A DNA stretch of 64,000 bases. Source: Candidatus Bathyarchaeota archaeon (GTDB lineage: Archaea > Thermoproteota > Bathyarchaeia > TCS64). Both the position numbers and the translations under genes were made by a program. Below, piece after piece: positions 58,423 to 64,000 of the stretch (within the stretch, counting starts at the first letter, position 1; each line of letters opens with the position of its first letter). The notes beneath the pieces were generated by a model that made no database searches, was not told where the DNA came from, and worked only from the letters and a program-made list of their open reading frames with translations. The stretch is taken from positions 111,501-175,500 of the forward strand of contig JAOZHO010000037.1 of the NCBI GenBank assembly GCA_026014875.1, written 5' to 3'.

Positions 58423-59183
58423 AGGTGGGTGAGCCCAAGGTCCGAGGGGTGATCTTGGCCGGGGGCCAGGGTACACGGTTCCGCCCCCTCACATACTATA
58501 TCCAGAAATGCATGATCCCCGTCGGTGACGACGAGAAGCCGGTCCTCGACTACATTGTCCGTCTCTTCGCCCACCACGAGATAAGCGACCTAGTGCTCCT
58601 CGTGGGCTACAAGCACCAGCAGATCCAGAACTACTTCAATGACGGCGACAGATTCGGGGTAAAGCTCCACTACGTCCTCGACGAGCCCGGTTACAAGGGG
58701 AGCGCCGGCGCCATCGTGAACGCGTACAGGCAGGGGATCATCAACAGCGATGATCATCTCGTAGTCTATTACGGCGACATTCTTTCAGACTTTGACCTGA
58801 AGAAGATGGTTTCACAGCACATCGAGTCGGGTGCTGTAGCGACAGTGGCCCTGGCCCGCGGATTCCGCATAAGGGTCGGGACGGCCGATATTGAGAACGG
58901 ATTCATCAAGGGGTTCCACGAGAAGCCGGAGATAGATGACCCTGTGAGCGTCGGTATCCTTGTGATCAGCGGATCGGTCGTCAAGGAGATGAGTGAGATG
59001 CACAAGGGGGAGGATGAAGGCTCTTTCGATATCATGGGGGACGTGGTCCCATACCTCATCGAGAAGGGAAAGCCGGTCGGCGCATATGTGAGCAAGGCTT
59101 TCTGGTACGACCTCGGTTCCTTGGAGCGTTACGAGCGGTTCGAGCAGGAGAGGCTCAGCAGGATGCTGAAATACGCCGGCTAG
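58419..59183 (+). CDS. Nucleotidyltransferase (NTP_transferase family)
   Basis: ILAGGQGTRFRPLT, K.MIPV, YGDIL, EKP, WYDLG. Confidence 0.9.
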   Translation: MKVGEPKVRGVILAGGQGTRFRPLTYYIQKCMIPVGDDEKPVLDYIVRLFAHHEISDLVLLVGYKHQQIQNYFNDGDRFGVKLHYVLDEPGYKGSAGAIVNAYRQGIINSDDHLVVYYGDILSDFDLKKMVSQHIESGAVATVALARGFRIRVGTADIENGFIKGFHEKPEIDDPVSVGILVISGSVVKEMSEMHKGEDEGSFDIMGDVVPYLIEKGKPVGAYVSKAFWYDLGSLERYERFEQERLSRMLKYAG

Positions 59184-59242
59184 CTGTACAACCCACAAAA
59201 CGTTCATAAACAGTTCTGTGCCATGATAGAATCGATCTATAA

Positions 59243-60334
59243 ATGAAGGCCCTCGTTTTAGCGGGAGGGTTCGGCACCAGGCTTAGGCCTCTGAGCTGCA
59301 CCCGTCCCAAGATGCTTTTCCCGCTGGCCAATCAGGCCATGCTGGACTGGACGATGAAGAATCTCTCCGAGGGGGGGGTGGACACCGTCGTCCTCGCCGT
59401 TAATTACATGGCTGAGGCGTTGGTGAGATATTTTGGTCCGACGAAGTTCGATCTGGGTATAATTTACTCTCGGGAAGGGAGGCCCTTGGGAACGGGGGGT
59501 CCCATCAAGAAGGCCCAGGAGCACCTCGTAGACGGTGAGCCTTTCCTGATCCTCAACGGCGATGTCATATCGGACATCGACTACAGGCGCCTCGTGGAAT
59601 TCCACAAATCCAACGGGGGGATAGCAACCATCGCCCTCGTCCGGGTGCCAGACCCAAGCCGGTATGGCGCTGTCGAGCTCGACGACGACGGCAGGGTCGC
59701 GAGGTTCGTCGAGAAGCCGGAGTTTGGGACAGCCCCGAGCAACCTCATCAACGCTGGAATCTATGTCTTCGACAAGGAGGTTCTGGACTATATCCCGGAC
59801 GGGAGGAAGGTCTCCACGGAAAAAGAGGTGTTCCCGATCCTCGCAAATCAGGGAAAGCTTTACGGCTACGAGGTCCACGGCCTCTGGCTCGATGTCGGGG
59901 TCCCCGAAGCGTACCTCGAGGCGAACCGGCTCATCCTCGAGAGACTCACCAGCGAGGATATGGGCGAGGACCACGTGGTCCATGAGACCGCGAAGATTCT
60001 GGAGCCAACATATTTGGGTGCGAGTGTCAAGGTGGGGGCTCATTCTGTCATCGGGCCTAATGTTTCGATCTCCGATCATGTCCATGTCGGGGAGGGGTGC
60101 AGGATCGAGAACTCCATCATCTTTCCCGGGGCGACCATCGGGGATTACTCCTCGGTGAGGAACGCTATCATTGGGGAGAACGCGAGCATCGAAAAGTGGG
60201 TCAAGATTGAGTCGGGGAGCCTCATCGGGGACTATGTCACCATCACCGATGGGGTCACGATAACCGAGGGGGTCGCCATCTGCCCCTCTAAGACGGTGAG
60301 CGAGAGCATCCTCAAGCCGGGCCAGGTGATGTGA
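59243..60334 (+). CDS. NDP-sugar synthase (mannose-1-phosphate guanylyltransferase-like)
   Basis: LAGGFGTRLRPL, PLGTGG, NGD, FVEKP, INAGIY, C-terminal hexapeptide repeats. Confidence 0.92.
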   Translation: MKALVLAGGFGTRLRPLSCTRPKMLFPLANQAMLDWTMKNLSEGGVDTVVLAVNYMAEALVRYFGPTKFDLGIIYSREGRPLGTGGPIKKAQEHLVDGEPFLILNGDVISDIDYRRLVEFHKSNGGIATIALVRVPDPSRYGAVELDDDGRVARFVEKPEFGTAPSNLINAGIYVFDKEVLDYIPDGRKVSTEKEVFPILANQGKLYGYEVHGLWLDVGVPEAYLEANRLILERLTSEDMGEDHVVHETAKILEPTYLGASVKVGAHSVIGPNVSISDHVHVGEGCRIENSIIFPGATIGDYSSVRNAIIGENASIEKWVKIESGSLIGDYVTITDGVTITEGVAICPSKTVSESILKPGQVM

Positions 60335-61692
60335 TGGGGCGCCTCTTCGGCACGAACGGGGTCCGGGGAGTCGCCAACAGGGAGCTGACGGTGGAGATGG
60401 TCACGAGGCTCGCCGCCTCCATCGGCGCATATTTCGGGGGGAGCGTCGCCGTCGGGAGGGACGGGAGGATCACGAGCCCCATGTTCAGGGACGCCGCTGT
60501 ATGCGGCCTCCTCTCCGTCGGGTGCAACGTATACGATGCTGGGATGCTGCCCACCCCGGCTCTCCAGCATGCCGTGAGGAGTAACGGGCTTAGCGCAGGG
60601 ATCATGATCACCGCCTCTCATAATCCACCTGAGTTTAACGGGATGAAGGTGATCGCCGCTGATGGGGTGGAGGCCTCCAGGGGTCAGGAGACTGAGATCG
60701 AGGAGATCTTTTTCGGGGATGGCCCCAAACTCTCGCCGTGGGATGGGATCGGGACGGTGCAGCGGCTTGAGGCCCTCGAGGCGTATCAGGAAGCCGTTAT
60801 CTCCCATGTGGACCTCGGGAGAGTCCGGGATGCGGGGCTGAAGGTCGCAGTCGATCCGGGGAACGGTGTCGCCGCATTATCTGCCCCTGGGATCGCCCGG
60901 GCTCTGGCGGGGGAGGTCTTCACGGTAAACGTCGATGTGGACGGTAGATTCCCGAACCGGGTCTCCGAGCCCAGGCCGGATAATCTGGGGGGGCTGCAGA
61001 CTCTCGTGAGGGCTTCGGGGGCTGACCTCGGCGTGGCCTATGATGGGGACGGGGATCGCTCCATCTTCGTGGATGAGCTTGGGGAGGTTCACTGGGGGGA
61101 CCGTTCCTTCGCGCTTTTGGCGAGGGAGTTCATCCTGAAGAATCCCGGGGAGCGCGTGGCTTCCCCCGTGAACTCGTCCAGGGCTCTGGAAGAGGTGGTA
61201 TCGGGGGCGGGGGGGAGCGTGGTTTGGACCCAGGTGGGGAGCGTCGTGGTCTCCCGGAGGATGGTCGAGGAGGGAATACCCTTCGGGGGGGAGGAGAACG
61301 GGGGAATCATGTATGGCCCGCATCTCCAGGTCCGGGACGGCTCCATGGCGCTGGCGTTGATCATGGAGGTCATGGCCGAGACGGGTAAACCCCTCTCGCA
61401 GCTCTTCGGGGAGCTGCCCCAGTACTCTCAGCGTAAAGACCGGATCTCGTGCCCCGAGGAGCTGAAGGGGACGGTTTTGGAGGCCCTCCGGGGGAGGGTG
61501 GATGCGCCGCGGGTGGAGACCATCGACGGCGTGAAGCTGATCTACGACGATGACAGCTGGGTGCTGTTCAGGCCCAGCGGGACGGAGCCCATTTTCAGGA
61601 TCTACGCCGAGGCCGGGAGCCCCGAGAGGGTTGAAACCCTCGTTGAGGAGCATAAGTCGCTCATCGAGTCGGTAGTGGAGTCCCTGAAGTAG
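60334..61692 (+). CDS. Phosphohexomutase (phosphoglucosamine mutase / PMM-PGM)
   Basis: LFGTNGVRG, TASHNP, DGDGDR, GGEENG, RPSGTEP. Confidence 0.93.
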   Translation: MGRLFGTNGVRGVANRELTVEMVTRLAASIGAYFGGSVAVGRDGRITSPMFRDAAVCGLLSVGCNVYDAGMLPTPALQHAVRSNGLSAGIMITASHNPPEFNGMKVIAADGVEASRGQETEIEEIFFGDGPKLSPWDGIGTVQRLEALEAYQEAVISHVDLGRVRDAGLKVAVDPGNGVAALSAPGIARALAGEVFTVNVDVDGRFPNRVSEPRPDNLGGLQTLVRASGADLGVAYDGDGDRSIFVDELGEVHWGDRSFALLAREFILKNPGERVASPVNSSRALEEVVSGAGGSVVWTQVGSVVVSRRMVEEGIPFGGEENGGIMYGPHLQVRDGSMALALIMEVMAETGKPLSQLFGELPQYSQRKDRISCPEELKGTVLEALRGRVDAPRVETIDGVKLIYDDDSWVLFRPSGTEPIFRIYAEAGSPERVETLVEEHKSLIESVVESLK

Positions 61693-61698
61693 GGGAGT

Positions 61699-62385
61699 CT
61701 ACCCCTGCATCGCCTCGGCCAGGTCCAGGAGCTTCGCCCGGGGGTCCGCAGCCTTTACGACTCCGCTGGCGACGAGGACCCCGGCGGAGCCGAGCCGCAG
61801 GGCTGCTGCAACGTCCTCTCCGCTGGTGATTCCTGCTCCGCAGAGGACTTTGACGTCGGGGTTGACCTTTCTGCATTCATCCACGGACCCCGAGACGACC
61901 TCGGGCCTCGCCTTGGAGACGGGTATCCCGGATCCGATGAGTTCCGGGGGCTCTATGGCGATGACGTTGGGGGAGAAGGGGGCGACGGATCGCCCGGTTT
62001 CCACCGAGTCGACGCAGACCACCTGGAATAGGCCGGCTTCCTTCGCCCTTTTCACCGTGGCTTCGATGGTTTCCAGGGGGAGCCGTCTCTCCGAGTGGTT
62101 GATCAGTGTCCCCACGCATCCGGCTTCGGCTATGGCCTCTGGTAGGACGTGGCCTGTGAAGCGGCCGTATCCCACGGGGTCTATGTGCTGGGCGAAGACG
62201 GGGATGTTGACGGCTTTGATGACGGGGCTGAGGTCGATGGTCTGGGGGGCGACGGCGATGCAGACGCCGGTCTCCTGGGAGATCTCCCTCGCGATGGATG
62301 CGAGGGCCACTGCTTTGGGTCCGAGGCTTTCCTCGTAGGTCTTGAGGTTGACCAGGATGAATGGGTATTCTATCGTGGTTGTCAT
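61699..62385 (-). CDS. tpiA: Triosephosphate isomerase (archaeal type)
   Basis: VNLKTY, AQH, NHSE, EPPELIG, GAGI, VLVASGV. Confidence 0.95.
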   Translation of the reverse strand: MTTTIEYPFILVNLKTYEESLGPKAVALASIAREISQETGVCIAVAPQTIDLSPVIKAVNIPVFAQHIDPVGYGRFTGHVLPEAIAEAGCVGTLINHSERRLPLETIEATVKRAKEAGLFQVVCVDSVETGRSVAPFSPNVIAIEPPELIGSGIPVSKARPEVVSGSVDECRKVNPDVKVLCGAGITSGEDVAAALRLGSAGVLVASGVVKAADPRAKLLDLAEAMQG

Positions 62386-62434
62386 GGTTCAGTAGTGTTG
62401 TGTTCTGCACTATATCCTTTGCTGGCCCAGGGCT

Positions 62435-63049
62435 TTATGGGGCGCCCTCTTTGACGCGGGTTCCCTTCGGGGTGAGGGTGACGGTCTTGACGCTGAGTCT
62501 CCTGATACGTTTCCCTAGTTTCTGGGCGAAGGCCTTGGGGTTGGCGGGGGTGATCATGTAGATCTTTTCTCCGGTGTGGACGAGGGCTATCTTGGTTTCG
62601 TTGTTGGTGTAGTCGATGAACTTGAATCCGGTTTTCCGTAGATCGTTGACATGATCCCTCGCGTATTGGAGGGCTTCCTTGGAGGGCTTTCCTCGCCTCT
62701 CGTCTCTGATGTAGAGTTCCAGTCGGTCTATCGTGTCGTATGGGAGGATCTTTGTTCCTTTGAGGGGGCGTGTGATTTTGAGGCCTTTGGGGGTTAGCCA
62801 GTAGTGGTTGGTGTAGAGGGGGCTGTGGTTGGGGATGAGTAGGAGGAGCACGAGGCTGAATGAGACGGTGACGAGGTCGTTGAGGAGCTCTAGGCCGCTC
62901 AGCGGGGGGCTGGGTTGGGATAGGATGAGGGAGATGGAGTAGGCCTTCCAGATGAGGATGGGGATGCTGACGAGGGGCACGAGGTAGCCGAGGAGCCTCC
63001 TCTGTGTGTGGAGTGGGAGGCTCGGTATCTCCTCATCTCGCGCGGTCAT
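62435..63049 (-). CDS. Hypothetical membrane protein (2 TM plus PH-like region)
   Basis: Two N-terminal hydrophobic segments, Y.LT..GL.I, YMITPANP..F. Confidence 0.65.
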   Translation of the reverse strand: MTARDEEIPSLPLHTQRRLLGYLVPLVSIPILIWKAYSISLILSQPSPPLSGLELLNDLVTVSFSLVLLLLIPNHSPLYTNHYWLTPKGLKITRPLKGTKILPYDTIDRLELYIRDERRGKPSKEALQYARDHVNDLRKTGFKFIDYTNNETKIALVHTGEKIYMITPANPKAFAQKLGKRIRRLSVKTVTLTPKGTRVKEGAP

Positions 63050-63144
63050 GGGATCGACGGTGAGTTTGGTCCTTCAGGGATTTAACGGTGTGGTCGCTTT
63101 CGGGGACCGAAAAGTCTTAGGTGTCTCGGCTCCTTTGCCACGGT

Positions 63145-63666
63145 ATGGATGTGCATGTCCTCCGCCTCGGGCATCGCCCCTCTAGGGATAAGCGGTTGAG
63201 CACCCACGTGATATTGGCGGCTCGGGCCTTCGGGGCCTCGGGGGCCACCTATACGGGGGATAGGGATCCGGGTTTGGAGGAGTCGATCGGTAGGGTTGTC
63301 TCGGAGTGGGGGGGGTCTTTCACTTTCGGGTTCTCCGGGAGCTGGAGGCGGGTGATCTCAGGGTGGAGGGGGCGGGTCGTTCATCTCACCATGTACGGGC
63401 TCCCGGTTCAGGAGGTGATCCCCGAGATCAGGGGGGACGGTTCGGATATCCTTGTGGTCGTGGGCGGGGCGAAAGTGCCGGGGGAGATATATGGTTTGGC
63501 GGATTGGAACGTGAGTGTGACTTCTCAGCCCCATTCGGAGGTGAGTGCATTAGCGGTGTTCCTCCACGAGCTCCGGGAGGGGGAGGAACTGGGGATCTCG
63601 TTCCAGGGGGCGAGGAGGAGGGTGGTTCCCCAGGCTCGGGGGAAGCGGGTCGAGGCCGGGGTTTAA
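63145..63666 (+). CDS. trm56: tRNA (cytidine(56)-2'-O)-methyltransferase
   Basis: LRLGHRP.RDKRLSTHV.LAARAFGA, HLTMYG, VGGAKVP, QPHSEVSAL. Confidence 0.95.
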   Translation: MDVHVLRLGHRPSRDKRLSTHVILAARAFGASGATYTGDRDPGLEESIGRVVSEWGGSFTFGFSGSWRRVISGWRGRVVHLTMYGLPVQEVIPEIRGDGSDILVVVGGAKVPGEIYGLADWNVSVTSQPHSEVSALAVFLHELREGEELGISFQGARRRVVPQARGKRVEAGV

Positions 63667-63714
63667 GCTTTAAGTCCGGCGATGTGGCTATAGTAGTGGA
63701 ATCCGGGAACTGTC

Positions 63715-64000
63715 ATGAGCTTGTATAGTAATGTCAGCGATGAGACCGTGGACCAGATCGCGATGATCATCGGGGGGGAGGAGGGGGTCATGATAATAGA
63801 TGCGATCAGGAATGTGAAGGAGATCACGGTGGAGGAGATCGCTGAGCAGACGGAGATACAGATAAACCAGGTGCGGAAGATCCTGTACCGGTTCTACAAT
63901 CACAGCCTGGTGACCTCTAGGCGGTTCAGGGATAAAGAGACTGGTTGGTTCATCTTCCAGTGGACCCTCCAGCAGGAGCTGATCGAGGCTTTCCTCACGG
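63715..64000 (+). CDS. tfe: Transcription factor E alpha (partial, runs off window end)
   Basis: Manual translation: ...EITVEEIAEQTEIQINQVRKILYRFY...RFRDKETGWFIFQW; follows trm56. Confidence 0.9.
   Translation, partial: MSLYSNVSDETVDQIAMIIGGEEGVMIIDAIRNVKEITVEEIAEQTEIQINQVRKILYRFYNHSLVTSRRFRDKETGWFIFQWTLQQELIEAFLT

Noticed and set aside
1-64000. CRISPR array, rRNA or IS transposase
   Set aside because: No regularly spaced repeats, rRNA-like sequence or transposase motifs seen

Overview
Archaeal chromosomal window. Markers are TFB, TFE, TiaS, aTrm56, class I CCA-adding enzyme and Topo VI A/B, plus FtsZ; gene content suggests Bathyarchaeia/TACK (inference). Both ends carry housekeeping genes: tRNA modification, transcription, purine and sugar-nucleotide genes, and rio1-KH-top6BA. 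The middle (about 17-47 kb) is accessory-like. Main points of interest: (1) an apparent bacillithiol-type pathway (bshA, a divergent bshC with a Cys4 insert, a PIG-L deacetylase) in an archaeon, near an arsM transcribed divergently from a Cys-Cys-bearing PadR regulator with twin palindromic operators; (2) a 2001-bp AT-rich element in tRNA-Pro(GGG) with 34-bp att repeats and a split, SSV-type integrase remnant; (3) an amidinotransferase gene broken exactly at a G_GGA_AAG slippery heptamer, followed by a ybaK-like gene that appears to start at ACG; (4) tandem AstE/AspA paralogues with complementary motif losses; (5) an aIF-1A-like relic before rio1, unannotated Zn-finger microproteins, several pseudogene fragments, and twin DtxR-like boxes before FTR1. 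No CRISPR array or rRNA was seen. All family calls come from motif recognition by eye; no database searches were run.
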